IMG/VR virus record: IMGVR_UViG_3300029258_001507
Coordinates: 801 to 64,800 of that record
Origin: a virus
Lineage: Duplodnaviria > Caudoviricetes
Length of the DNA stretch: 64,000 nt
Direction: 5' to 3' (one strand)
The position numbers and the translations under genes are program-made. How positions within the stretch are numbered: the first letter of the stretch is position 1; every line of letters begins with the position of its first letter. Of the stretch, positions 54,403 to 64,000 are shown one piece after another. A model generated the notes under the pieces. That model was not told the DNA's origin and searched no databases. It saw nothing but the letters and a program-made list of their open reading frames with translations.

Positions 54403-56553
54403 TTATGGTATTTCCGCTGTTTCGATGACAGGCAACGTCTCGATTGCGCCTCTCAGCTCTTGCTGCTCTAGCAATTGCTCTTCCAGCAGCCTTGTGATAC
54501 TCGTATCTTGTCCGAGTCTGTTTATCAGTGCGGATTGTGTCTCTTTTTGCACTGGCGATGCCTGCAATAAACTCGGCACATCAGGAAACGCTGGAAGCAA
54601 TGGACCAGTCCGTTTCAGGTTTACTTCGGGCAATGCTGTAAACTCTACTTTAGGTAGTTGTAGATTCTGAACAGCACCTTTAACAATGTTTCCTACCTCT
54701 TCGCTGAATTCTTCTAAGGTGTCTGCCTTAAAGCCTTGAATGAGGGCTCTTTCAAATTCTGGGGGAGGAGCGAAAAGAACTTCTTCTCCCAAAAGACCTT
54801 TGGCAATGGCTGTTCCAGCAGCTTTGGCAAAACCTATAACAAGCTTAAGTGCAGTATTTAAGCCCTGCATAACTGAACGAATAAACCGAACAGTGAACAC
54901 CTCGCGAAGTTTATTAGCAATGAACCCTGCCCCCAATGCAAACAGGCGCGCCAGAAGACCAACGCCAGTACTTGCGTTGTTGACCATTGCTTGAATCAGA
55001 TTCATGAAGTTTTTTCCAAGGTCTGATAGCAATACCTTCCAATTGTTTCTCAGCCACTTGTTGATTATTGCCATATTTTCCTGGAAGTTCTGGAAAAACC
55101 CTATCGACCGATCTACAAAGCTCATGACTGCTTGTTTTGCGTTGTTCCAAGCGGCAATCAACCCGTCCGAACCTTCTAACCACAACACTATTCCGGCTAT
55201 CGCAGCACCTACAGCAACTAGCCCAACTACCCAAGGATTCATGAGCCCTACGATTGCTGCCAATACCTTTACTGTAGCTATAAGGACACCTAGAAGTTTT
55301 GCAGATATGAACAATGCCGGACCAACAGCACTAACTAAGGCAATGACAGCAAGCGTAGTTGCTTGGATTTTTGGATCAAGACGAGAGAACCTTAGAGACA
55401 ACTTTTCTACAGAAGTGAGTAAAGGATCTACAAGCTTTGTCAATTCTAACACGGCAGGTGTTAGAACGTCTCCAATGTTTTGCGCAAGAACTTGAACTCT
55501 TACCACCATTTTCTTGTAAGCAAAACCTAGCTTGTTTATGGTGTCCGTTTGGGTTGCAAATGCCCCTTCCGCTGCACCACTAGCGTCTTGCATCGCCTTC
55601 AGTTTCTCCTTGTAGACATCTGTTTGGCTGCCAGTGAGTGCAAGTGCAAGTGTTTGCCCCTCAATGCTGCCGATGTATCGCTGGAGTGGCAGTTTGCTCT
55701 TCGTCGCCTCTCTGGTGACAAATTCTATAGCACCCTGCAGGCCCTTCTGCTCAATAACTGCCTTTCCGCTCTCGAAGCCAGTCTTTTTCAGCAGCTTTAT
55801 CATGTCCGCCGAAGGAGACGACAACGCCTGAAGGGCTCCGCGTAATTGCGTAGTCACTTCTGCCGCATTCCCCGTAACGCCTGTCCCCGTAGCCATGACC
55901 GCAAAGACTTCTTCCTGCGTAACCTGTAATTCCGCAGCTAGCGGGATGACCCTGCCAATACTTGAGGCCAACTCCGGGAATGTCGTTTGGCCCAATTTGT
56001 TCGTGACAAACGCCAGGTCGGCCACTTTCTGGACAGCTTTCGCTGACGTGTCGCCGTAGCCCTTCGTGACTGCGCTAGTGAGATTGATAGCATCTGTCGT
56101 AGTCGCCAGCCCGGCAGTGGCAGCTTTTGCGTTGATCCGCAATACCTCCATGGTATCTGCCGTATCGCCAAATGCAGAGACCACCTGGAACAAACCACCA
56201 GCAATATCGCCTGTTGTTTTGCCGACTTCCACGCCAAGAGCTTGGACTCCCGTTTTCAGCTCGCGCACTCGTTCCGGCGCTAGTCCGAGAGCCCCAACGT
56301 TCGCCATGGCGGCATTCAGATCGGTAGACATCTTCGTAGCAGCGGTGCCGAGGCCAACCAGTGGTAGCGTTATGGCAGCAGTAAGCACCTTGCCGGTTTC
56401 CACTGCTTTTCTCTCGACCGTATTTAATGTCGATACAATCGATCGTGTCGCCGAGCGAGTGCTGCTTTGCGCAGTCTTCAGCATGGCCTGATAGGACTTT
56501 TGGTCCCCGAGAAGTCGGACTACAAGCCGTTCTAGCTCAACTTCGCTTGCCAT
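54403..56553 (-). CDS. Tail tape measure protein
   Basis: TP901-like core (G.TTF.EL...IG.V.P.A), Ala/Thr-rich; follows the chaperone genes. Confidence 0.9.
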   Translation of the reverse strand: MASEVELERLVVRLLGDQKSYQAMLKTAQSSTRSATRSIVSTLNTVERKAVETGKVLTAAITLPLVGLGTAATKMSTDLNAAMANVGALGLAPERVRELKTGVQALGVEVGKTTGDIAGGLFQVVSAFGDTADTMEVLRINAKAATAGLATTTDAINLTSAVTKGYGDTSAKAVQKVADLAFVTNKLGQTTFPELASSIGRVIPLAAELQVTQEEVFAVMATGTGVTGNAAEVTTQLRGALQALSSPSADMIKLLKKTGFESGKAVIEQKGLQGAIEFVTREATKSKLPLQRYIGSIEGQTLALALTGSQTDVYKEKLKAMQDASGAAEGAFATQTDTINKLGFAYKKMVVRVQVLAQNIGDVLTPAVLELTKLVDPLLTSVEKLSLRFSRLDPKIQATTLAVIALVSAVGPALFISAKLLGVLIATVKVLAAIVGLMNPWVVGLVAVGAAIAGIVLWLEGSDGLIAAWNNAKQAVMSFVDRSIGFFQNFQENMAIINKWLRNNWKVLLSDLGKNFMNLIQAMVNNASTGVGLLARLFALGAGFIANKLREVFTVRFIRSVMQGLNTALKLVIGFAKAAGTAIAKGLLGEEVLFAPPPEFERALIQGFKADTLEEFSEEVGNIVKGAVQNLQLPKVEFTALPEVNLKRTGPLLPAFPDVPSLLQASPVQKETQSALINRLGQDTSITRLLEEQLLEQQELRGAIETLPVIETAEIP

Positions 56554-56878
56554 GCTTTACCCCTCCAACAATAGCCATCCACCGCTTTTTCAGTATATCT
56601 GACACCTGCTTTTTGGTCTGAGCCGCCGGAGCCTTGCGTGGTCGTTTCACCTCGAAGGGCACCTTGAATGATTCAATGCCAGGAACAGCCGCATTGGAAT
56701 TACATAACGCATGTGTCTGGCTTCGCACCTCTTGGGCAACTCTCATCAGGTACCAATCGGTCCTGCTCGGCTCGTCCATCTCAAGCTGAAAATACGCTTG
56801 CCATGCTAGGTACTCGTTATATGATACTTTCGCTAGGCATTCGGCAAGCGTCATTTTCAGGCGGAGTGCCAAATACAT
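56537..56878 (-). CDS. Tail assembly chaperone GT portion (-1 frameshift product)
   Basis: LA..L.MT..E......E...W..Y motif; in the -1 frame of the upstream ORF. Confidence 0.8.
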   Translation of the reverse strand: MYLALRLKMTLAECLAKVSYNEYLAWQAYFQLEMDEPSRTDWYLMRVAQEVRSQTHALCNSNAAVPGIESFKVPFEVKRPRKAPAAQTKKQVSDILKKRWMAIVGGVKHGKRS

Positions 56879-56898
56879 CCACGATTGGTACTCCTTGG

Positions 56899-57339
56899 CT
56901 AGTTTTTTGCCGTCTCGGTTACCTCATCCTCGGTTAGGTCCAAGCCACCGAGTTCGCGTGCCTTGTCCGCAAGAGGCGTCTGAATCCGATTGGGCCACCC
57001 ACGAACGGTTGCCAGCGATACGTTTTTCCCGTCGCTGTCGCGCAAGCACAACGCAACGAGCAACGAATCGGCATCGGCCGCGCCTTCAAGCTTTTGCGGT
57101 TTGCCGTCAGGGCCGATGGTCGCGCCATTCAGGACGGAATTGCGGTACTGCCTCACTACCTCTCCGGTCGGCTCGTACAGTGTGTATCGATTCCCGTCGA
57201 TCTCGAAGTCCGCACAATCAAGCGTCGTGGTACCAAGATTGGTGATTTCCCTAGTCATGTCTATTTCGCTCCTAAACTGGCAGGCCTTCCCAAGTCCCCG
57301 GGGAGCACTGCCAATCACTCCCCGGGGACGTTTGCGCAA
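56899..57339 (-). CDS. Tail assembly chaperone G (true start probably 57258)
   Basis: Between tail tube and tape measure genes; ends ...AKN; AGGAG RBS. Confidence 0.8.
   Translation of the reverse strand: MRKRPRGVIGSAPRGLGKACQFRSEIDMTREITNLGTTTLDCADFEIDGNRYTLYEPTGEVVRQYRNSVLNGATIGPDGKPQKLEGAADADSLLVALCLRDSDGKNVSLATVRGWPNRIQTPLADKARELGGLDLTEDEVTETAKN
56902..56908 (-). other. Programmed -1 frameshift slippery site A-AAA-AAC
   Basis: GCA AAA AAC TAG; the -1 frame continues KLAKEYQSW-MYLAL without a stop. Confidence 0.8.
57294..57329 (-). terminator. Hairpin after the tail tube gene
   Basis: gtccccggggag/ctccccggggac 12-bp stem. Confidence 0.55.
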
Positions 57340-57342
57340 TTA

Positions 57343-57840
57343 TCATGTGCCTGCCACATTTGTCAATACAGGCGCCTCTTCGGTTCTGTTCGTCGGGTCC
57401 CAATTCGTCGGCACAATAGTGATCGTCGCCATAGGCATCTCGCCCTCGACGTGTTCCCCCGGCTCGAACCGTCGCAAATAGCCATAGAATGCCAACGTCG
57501 ACCCGTCCGGGAATTCCACCGTGATCGTGTCGCGCCGGTTAACGGCCGCCATGATCTCATCAGTGCCATAGATACCTGGTTCATATGCACCAGTGTAGGT
57601 GAATTCATCTAGGGTCTTCAGTGCCCTTGGCGCAGACGTTCTCCACGTGGTGTTGAAAAACGTGGTCGTGTCGATTGCATCCCCGCCTTCCACTGGCGGT
57701 GGCGAGGCAGTCTTCTCCCAAATCAGCAGCGACGGACGGCTACCAATTGTAACTTTTGTTGGGTGCCCGTCTTCCAATTTGATGCCATTAGTCGGCGCAT
57801 CAGAAGGGTCGAGTCTAGTGGTTGCAGTTGGAGCAGCCAT
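57343..57840 (-). CDS. Major tail (tube) protein
   Basis: PP..EGGD.ID.T, ITV.FPDG....F.G; position; GGAG RBS. Confidence 0.8.
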   Translation of the reverse strand: MAAPTATTRLDPSDAPTNGIKLEDGHPTKVTIGSRPSLLIWEKTASPPPVEGGDAIDTTTFFNTTWRTSAPRALKTLDEFTYTGAYEPGIYGTDEIMAAVNRRDTITVEFPDGSTLAFYGYLRRFEPGEHVEGEMPMATITIVPTNWDPTNRTEEAPVLTNVAGT

Positions 57841-57858
57841 GGTTATCTCCTAATATTG

Positions 57859-58308
57859 TCAAGACGTTTGTCTCAATGCTACAACAGCGTTGATGGTGAA
57901 TAGATTCCGCTTCGTGTCCCTCACTTCTTTCCCGAGAGACACAATATCAGTAGTGCGCGTCACGGTGTATACGATGTACGTTGTGCCAGCAATCGTTATT
58001 GGGCGATATTGAATGTCCTTATCCAATGCCTCGGTTATCGCGTTCGCCTTGGTCCTTCCAGGGCTGACTGCGTAACTACGAATCCTGACCTGGATTCCAT
58101 AATGCAGCCACGTTTCTCCGCTCAAATGTGACCGTCCATCAATCCTGCTGGTCGTATCGTACAGCGTAATTGCATCGTCCGGGCTGTCCGGCTCTTGCGA
58201 ATAGCTTATCGGCCAGTCTTCTCGCGACGTAGGCAATGTCCCCAAACCCAACTCCACCAGAGTATGGCGCATGATATCTGCCGGCGAGTGATTGAGGGAA
58301 CCGCTCAT
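57859..58308 (-). CDS. Tail terminator / minor capsid-family protein
   Basis: PD.PD..I.LYDT, IQVRIR, LG....R..F..N. Confidence 0.7.
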   Translation of the reverse strand: MSGSLNHSPADIMRHTLVELGLGTLPTSREDWPISYSQEPDSPDDAITLYDTTSRIDGRSHLSGETWLHYGIQVRIRSYAVSPGRTKANAITEALDKDIQYRPITIAGTTYIVYTVTRTTDIVSLGKEVRDTKRNLFTINAVVALRQTS

Positions 58309-58733
58309 CTATCCTCTTCCGTGAATGCACTAGCCCGAAGGTTTCCCGTGTCGATTGGCACCAAATCCTGGCTCTCTCGCTGTAACCGAAGTCCCGTGAG
58401 AAGCAGAGCCTTCAGTAAGGTTGCGCCCTTTCGCATGCTATCCTCGATTATCCTGCGGAATTCTGGCTTCATTTCCCTGGCTGGCTTTTCCAAATACTTT
58501 GCCTGCCCTACCGTGTGCCGAGCCTCCATATTCTCATGGACATACACCGCGTAATTCGCCGTGTAGCCGACCCTGACGGCTTCCTTGGGGCTATTACCAT
58601 AGGCTCTGGACAACTTCCGCAGCTTGTCCTCCAATGCTCGCAGATTCTGTATTTCGGCCATTATTCGAGCCCCAACACGTTCGGAATCGCGTAAGGATCG
58701 GTTGCACTCGCTGGAATCTCCACCGTCTTCCAC
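58305..58733 (-). CDS. Neck protein (HK97 gp10-like; true start probably 58661)
   Basis: VGY.A.YA.YVHE, QAKYLE.P, VPIDTGNLRAS. Confidence 0.8.
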   Translation of the reverse strand: MEDGGDSSECNRSLRDSERVGARIMAEIQNLRALEDKLRKLSRAYGNSPKEAVRVGYTANYAVYVHENMEARHTVGQAKYLEKPAREMKPEFRRIIEDSMRKGATLLKALLLTGLRLQRESQDLVPIDTGNLRASAFTEEDR

Positions 58734-60556
58734 GGTCGCTCGTCGCCTCGTCGTATCTTGTATTGGGCTCCGATGAACATGTTGGTAAATGATACCAATC
58801 CGGTTGCATCGCTCGTTTCCGTGCGCACCTTGGTATCCGCACTAATCCCCGTGCCCGGCAAGTCGTGTATTTTCACGGAGACCGATGCGCCTTCTTCAAC
58901 TATTCCATCCTCATCGTAACAGTAGAAATACCCCGTAACAAAGCCCGGATTACTTGCTGGAATGCTCACTGCTGTCATCGAATACGTTTGGCTTGTGTCT
59001 GCCGATACGGCAAGTGTAGTTGGGGTGAAGGAATACGTCGCCTTGGTGATTGCGACATTCCATGTAGCGGAATCCAACGAGAATGAGCATTGCCCGCTAA
59101 CGTTCGTTGTCGCGGTGTAGCTCTCGCCTCCATTGGTCATGCGAACTGTTGCATTTTCGAGCGGGTCGGTACCATCGTTGACGGTTATCGTTACGGTCCA
59201 CGCTCCACTACCAGTATCCGACGATGTCCAAGCGGCATCTCCCCTGTCTCGAATGGCTTCCAGGCTATCTGCCGCCACATCATAGGTCCCGCCAATGTCG
59301 CTGGGTAGCGTTGCAACCTTGCTAGTCATCGCCTTCAGGAAGCCGAGGATTGTATTGACGCCAGTTCCAGTGAATGCTCCAACTCTATTAAGCAGCGTTG
59401 TCTGATCTGTCTGCACATCACCAATGTCAGTGCTCAGTGTGTCTTGTGATTCACGAAGTGCCTCAAGACTGTCTGTCGTCACGTCATACGTTCCACCAAT
59501 GTCGCTAGGCAGCGTAGCCGCCTTACTCGCCATAGCTTTTAGGAATCCAAGGACGGTATTTACACCTGTGCCCGTGAATGCGCCGATTCTGGCAAGGAGT
59601 GTGTCTTGTTTCGCTTCAGTCGCTAGAGTGGATTTGTCCGTAATGATCGGGAGCATTTTGTAACCGGTCGTTGCATCCGGCGTGACAGTGAACGCATCCA
59701 CGGTAACCGTTTGGGTGGCGCCATCGTAGTCCAATATAGATCGCGATTGATCCTGCCCCGTACCGCTTACCAGCTGCAATGTTTCCCCGTTGTATATGTC
59801 GTCTACCGTGCTTGCGAGCGCATTCAGTTGCGCCGTTGTCCCTGTTGCTGCTCGCAGCCGGCCTTCGTTGGTAGTCGCCGCGCCGTTCACCGCCTGCAAC
59901 ACGAATTCGCTTGTAGCATCTGGCTGCACCTTCCAGTCGCGATCTACAATTGCCGTGCGCGAACTGCCGAAATACTCAAGACTGTGTCGCACTTGCCCGC
60001 TTCCAAGTCCTGACACAATCACTATTGCGGCTGGATCATAGGCACCGTCAAGACTGCTCGCGCCAGAATCAAGGACAATTGTATTCGCAGTGGACGAGAC
60101 TACATCTCCGGCATAGATAACAATGGAGTCCGCTGTCTCCCTTACTTTCTTACCAGCCGAATTAGCGATATTGTGATTCGCCTTAGTAATTACACGATCC
60201 CACACAGCTTTGGCGTCGATGTCTGTATTGACGACTGCTGCGCCAGACCAATGGACCGTTTGGACGCCCATCGTGTTTTGGCCTGGTGTCGGCGAGGCAC
60301 CGGTGTAATACTCGATAGCATACTCTCCAGCGGTCGTAATCCCTGCCGGGAAATCCCCAACGTATGTACCCGTACCGCTCGCGTCGGATGTTTGCTGTTC
60401 CGTGCAGGTAATCATACCAGTGGCCCAATTAGCATCACTAATAGCTGAGGCGGCAACCATGGCCGAACCATTCCATCGCGTCGTGCGGTCCTCGCCCCAC
60501 ACTATCGCCTTGATAGTCAGCCCTGTTGCCAGATGGATATTCAGTTCCCCGGACAT
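58661..60556 (-). CDS. Large virion structural protein with internal duplications and Ig-like C-terminus
   Basis: Two copies of GAFTGTGVNT.LGFLKAM.SK.ATLPSDIGGTYDV..DSLEA.R; two SG.G.GQ/DQ.R modules. Confidence 0.65.
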   Translation of the reverse strand: MSGELNIHLATGLTIKAIVWGEDRTTRWNGSAMVAASAISDANWATGMITCTEQQTSDASGTGTYVGDFPAGITTAGEYAIEYYTGASPTPGQNTMGVQTVHWSGAAVVNTDIDAKAVWDRVITKANHNIANSAGKKVRETADSIVIYAGDVVSSTANTIVLDSGASSLDGAYDPAAIVIVSGLGSGQVRHSLEYFGSSRTAIVDRDWKVQPDATSEFVLQAVNGAATTNEGRLRAATGTTAQLNALASTVDDIYNGETLQLVSGTGQDQSRSILDYDGATQTVTVDAFTVTPDATTGYKMLPIITDKSTLATEAKQDTLLARIGAFTGTGVNTVLGFLKAMASKAATLPSDIGGTYDVTTDSLEALRESQDTLSTDIGDVQTDQTTLLNRVGAFTGTGVNTILGFLKAMTSKVATLPSDIGGTYDVAADSLEAIRDRGDAAWTSSDTGSGAWTVTITVNDGTDPLENATVRMTNGGESYTATTNVSGQCSFSLDSATWNVAITKATYSFTPTTLAVSADTSQTYSMTAVSIPASNPGFVTGYFYCYDEDGIVEEGASVSVKIHDLPGTGISADTKVRTETSDATGLVSFTNMFIGAQYKIRRGDERPWKTVEIPASATDPYAIPNVLGLE

Positions 60557-60573
60557 GCCAATGCCTCAGTGTT

Positions 60574-62958
60574 CTATTTCGTGCCTATTTGCCTGCTGCC
60601 AAGTGTGTCCACCTGATAGTGAATTCCCAGGGTATGTGTCAATGCGTCCCCTCCGTACTCGTCGGCTGTTGCTGACACACGGCTTATGTCAAACGCGAAT
60701 TGGTCACCAATCTTAAACGTGGTTCCTGTAATTGCCTCAAACACGCTTATCGTGCTTTCGTATTGCGTATCAAAGTCTGTTTCCACCGTTATGGTCGTTG
60801 CGGCGCCTAGTACTTCATTGGCCCTTGCAACAGTGTAGATTAGCTGCCATTTCACCTTGTCCGTGCCGGTCGGTGCCGCAATACCTTGCCAGTGTATATG
60901 GAAGGACAGGTCCGTCCCCTCTTTGTAATCATGCTGAAGCTCGAATACACCGCTGACCCCTTCGCCTGGTGCGAATGCATATGTAGAAATGCCAGTGTCT
61001 GTGCCAGTGCTGTCTTTCAGTTCATCAACGTCAGGGAGGCTTGATGTCGGCAGACTCAAAATAGACCCGGCCAAGTTGATGTCTCTGTAGACCGGCTCAC
61101 CTAATACTAGCGTTTTGTCAGTTTCGCACCCAAGAGTAATGTCACCACCAGAATCTACCGTGGCGGTTGCTGCCGTATCCGCGTCGTATGACAATTTTAG
61201 CTGGGTCGTTGCGTCAAATACTTCCAGTGTCGCATCTGGATCAGTAACGCCGATCCCAACCAGGCCATCGTGCATGACGACCATGCGCGTGTCCATCGTA
61301 GTCCCAGAACTGGTCTTAAATAATAGGTCGGTATCTCCAGCGATATCCGCATTGGTCCTGTCCGCCACAATGGTTACACCAACATTGTCGACGGAAGGCG
61401 TAGAGCTAGTGCCCATGATGATCTGGACATCGCGGCCTGCAGTGTTCTGTATTTTCAGCGTCGTGTCAGAGACGTCCGCATCAACAATGTGTGCCCGGTG
61501 CACCGGCACCAGTGGATTGCTGTCTCCCAATGCCAATCTGCCGAGAGAATCCAGCCGCATTCTCTCTATTGCCGCCCCTGTGTTGTTCGTCCCGAACACG
61601 ATATCCGTAGTGTTCGTGGTCGACAAAAAGCTTGCGTTTGCTTCTGCCCAAATCGACGCTCCGGGAAGGATGGCATCGCTTCCAGAGGATTCCAAAGGTG
61701 CGTTGAAATTGATTCGCCCTAATTCATCCCCATCGACAATCTCTGTCTTCTGCGTTGCCAGCGTAAGGATTCCTGCCGAACTAGCATCTCCCTGCACATC
61801 CAGTATGGATTGCGGACTAGCGGTATTCACACCAACCTTGCCAGACCCGTCAGGCAGTAGCGGTATATTACCGTTCGACGTAGTAACAATCGAATTGCTG
61901 TTGAGGTCCAGGTCGCCCCCAAGCTGCGGCGTCGTATCCTCGACAATGTTCTCCAGGGCATTGGCCAACCAATGTACATTGGTATTTCCGCCCAGGTCCT
62001 CGATTCTGCTTTCCGGCTCTTGGATGTAGACATCATCACATGCCTGGATTTCATACATGTTGTCCGATTCACCGGACACCCCGGGGTTACTCTCGTAGTA
62101 ATAATTCATTCCGAGCCACAGTCTAGTCATCGTATACGCACGTATGGCGTATCCAGTGTTGGCCTCGAAGAAATTATCCCGGATGGTTACATCGCGTGAT
62201 GTCGGCGCGATGTAGAGCGTATCGTCTTGTCCCTCAAGGATGTTGTCCGTGATCGTGGCGCTGAACGCACATAGCCGAAATACCGGCCCATTGTCGTCTG
62301 TACCCTCGTGATTCTTGGTGGCATCGTTATTAGTTATTAGCAGGCGATTACACGATGTCTGCCCGCTGAAATCGACAACCTGATTGTTCCACTTCAAGGA
62401 ACATGTATCGATTGTCAATTTGCCAATCTGATAATGGTCGCCAGCACCCTGGACAACATCTATAACCTTCGCGAACTCGAAAACGCCAAGATTGTAGAAA
62501 TGCAGGTCCCTGCGAAAAGTAGTATTCCCAAGTACCCCTGTGTTTATGTAAAACGCCGTTCCGCCTGCATTAGGTCCGCCACCAACAATAACAAATCCCG
62601 ACGCCGAAAATCCGGCCGCTGTCTGTGCTTGTTGGCAGGACGGAAATTCAAACAGGTGTCCAGACCCCGTGTAATATAGCCATGTGTTCCGTCCAAGGTT
62701 GTCAGGGCCAGAATCGCCCTTGATCTGGATGTTGTTGCCCAAGATTTCCAGGGTGGACGTAATTAGATATTTGCCAGCAGGAATATAGAGCGTTCCGCCG
62801 GAGGTTGTATACACCCCAGTGAAGTCCGAATAGTCGTTCAGGATATCCAGCGCCGCTTGGAATGCACTGGTATCGTCCGTCACGCCATCCCCTACGGCGC
62901 CGTAGGTCTTGACGTTGACTACGTCCATTCGCTCTGGAATAGGAATCCCTGAAGGCAT
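60574..62958 (-). CDS. Tailspike/fibre protein with pectate-lyase-like beta-helix
   Basis: VNVK.YGAVGDGVTDDT.A.Q.A, GGTLYIPAG.Y; G.VG(I/V) fibre repeats. Confidence 0.8.
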   Translation of the reverse strand: MPSGIPIPERMDVVNVKTYGAVGDGVTDDTSAFQAALDILNDYSDFTGVYTTSGGTLYIPAGKYLITSTLEILGNNIQIKGDSGPDNLGRNTWLYYTGSGHLFEFPSCQQAQTAAGFSASGFVIVGGGPNAGGTAFYINTGVLGNTTFRRDLHFYNLGVFEFAKVIDVVQGAGDHYQIGKLTIDTCSLKWNNQVVDFSGQTSCNRLLITNNDATKNHEGTDDNGPVFRLCAFSATITDNILEGQDDTLYIAPTSRDVTIRDNFFEANTGYAIRAYTMTRLWLGMNYYYESNPGVSGESDNMYEIQACDDVYIQEPESRIEDLGGNTNVHWLANALENIVEDTTPQLGGDLDLNSNSIVTTSNGNIPLLPDGSGKVGVNTASPQSILDVQGDASSAGILTLATQKTEIVDGDELGRINFNAPLESSGSDAILPGASIWAEANASFLSTTNTTDIVFGTNNTGAAIERMRLDSLGRLALGDSNPLVPVHRAHIVDADVSDTTLKIQNTAGRDVQIIMGTSSTPSVDNVGVTIVADRTNADIAGDTDLLFKTSSGTTMDTRMVVMHDGLVGIGVTDPDATLEVFDATTQLKLSYDADTAATATVDSGGDITLGCETDKTLVLGEPVYRDINLAGSILSLPTSSLPDVDELKDSTGTDTGISTYAFAPGEGVSGVFELQHDYKEGTDLSFHIHWQGIAAPTGTDKVKWQLIYTVARANEVLGAATTITVETDFDTQYESTISVFEAITGTTFKIGDQFAFDISRVSATADEYGGDALTHTLGIHYQVDTLGSRQIGTK

Positions 62959-62975
62959 GATAATCTACCTACTAA

Positions 62976-63308
62976 TCAGTCGCTCTGCACATTCAGCTTG
63001 CCAGTTACGCCCGCACCGCCAGCCGCAAGCGTTACCGTAATCGCACTACCCAGGGAGCTGGCGAATTCCCTTGGGAAATACAGAGAGCCAGGCCCTGTTG
63101 TCGTGATGTCGACAACCACCGTGTACGTTCCATCCGTGATAGTTAGGCTGCCTCCGGTAGGATCGGCGTCGTAACTGTAGACCACCTGGGAAATGTGATG
63201 ATATTTGTTCGTCGCAGCGGCAATTGTTACCACTGCCGCCGTGTTAGCAGCCGGTTCGTGGCTCGTCCACAATCTGCTTTCATGCTGGTGTAAAGCTTGA
63301 TCTGCCAT
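62976..63308 (-). CDS. Small virion protein, putative
   Basis: 110 aa, Ala/Thr/Gly-rich beta protein; GGGAG RBS. Confidence 0.55.
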   Translation of the reverse strand: MADQALHQHESRLWTSHEPAANTAAVVTIAAATNKYHHISQVVYSYDADPTGGSLTITDGTYTVVVDITTTGPGSLYFPREFASSLGSAITVTLAAGGAGVTGKLNVQSD

Positions 63309-63310
63309 GC

Positions 63311-64000
63311 TTATCTCCCCGAGAACCCATCAAATGCTCTCGTTAAATCTAGCCCTAGTCCCATGCCAGCAACAGGCGTGAAGACGAAGGACCAATTGAT
63401 ATTTCCCGTGTTGTCAATGCTGTCGTGCGCGATGCCCTCAGTAACTCCAGCAGTGCAGTTCTTTAGCTCCACGTACCTGGCAGTGCACGTACCCGTCGCG
63501 TCTATTGTTACTAGGGTATCCGCCTCAAATGCCAATTTCTGCGAGTCGGACACCCCACGAATCAGGGCATTACCGCCCACGGTGAATGTGTTCGTGTCGA
63601 GCCCCGTGGAATCGATGGCATCCGTACTGGAGATCGTGAAATCGCCAATAGTCGTGTGTGTTAACCCACCACCGAAATTCACCGCCCCAGCGGTTCGCAG
63701 GAATGAATCAAACGTAAATGCGGTGGCAAATGTCAATGTGCCTGCCGATTTGTTAATCGTAAGATCGCCCAACGCAGTATTGGCCGTGTCGAATGCGTGG
63801 TCGCCGTCGCCAGTCGCAAGAAACGATGCCGTCCCGCGTGTAACTGTCGCAGACGCTATGTCAAGATCACCGTTATTGAGAGTCAGAAGCCCACTTCCGA
63901 AGTCAATATTGCCTGAATTCGCGCCGATAATATCCGCTCCATCGGCACCGGCCAGATTGTACGTATCGCAGTCAAGTGTTGACGACGCACCGTCGATAAC
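63311..64000 (-). CDS. 3' part of a beta-helical virion protein, truncated by the window edge
   Basis: Frame stays open beyond the ORF-track start to the right edge; G/T/N/D-rich; S.D..GN.NW.F ending. Confidence 0.65.
   Translation of the reverse strand, partial: VIDGASSTLDCDTYNLAGADGADIIGANSGNIDFGSGLLTLNNGDLDIASATVTRGTASFLATGDGDHAFDTANTALGDLTINKSAGTLTFATAFTFDSFLRTAGAVNFGGGLTHTTIGDFTISSTDAIDSTGLDTNTFTVGGNALIRGVSDSQKLAFEADTLVTIDATGTCTARYVELKNCTAGVTEGIAHDSIDNTGNINWSFVFTPVAGMGLGLDLTRAFDGFSGR

Overview
A tailed dsDNA phage (siphovirus-like) genome segment, probably close to a whole circularly permuted genome. SSB, PEP-CTERM and repeat-motif features point to a Planctomycetota host (inference). 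Almost all genes lie on the minus strand. Modules: head/packaging (terminase, portal, Mu-gpF-like protein carrying an intein, prohead protease, capsid, two decoration paralogs); a long early/replication region (Rad52-like annealase, 5'-3' exonuclease, NinG, SMC-like ATPase, ParB-like protein, two helicases, DNA methylase, SSB, repeat proteins); a 10-gene glycan-modification cluster; and a tail module with a -1 frameshift chaperone. The standout is a compact CRISPR locus at about 33.1-36.0 kb: a tRNA-like element, a Cas12f-type tracrRNA candidate, a 530-aa Cas12f-like protein that has lost all three RuvC catalytic sites, and a 16-repeat array with heterogeneous repeats and several very short spacers, with no cas1/cas2. 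This suggests a phage-encoded, nuclease-dead, RNA-guided DNA-binding (CRISPRi-like) system. A separate solitary type I-C repeat sits behind a second tRNA-like element, and an antisense endonuclease gene with its own promoter is nested inside the intein. All family assignments come from motif recognition by eye, not database searches.
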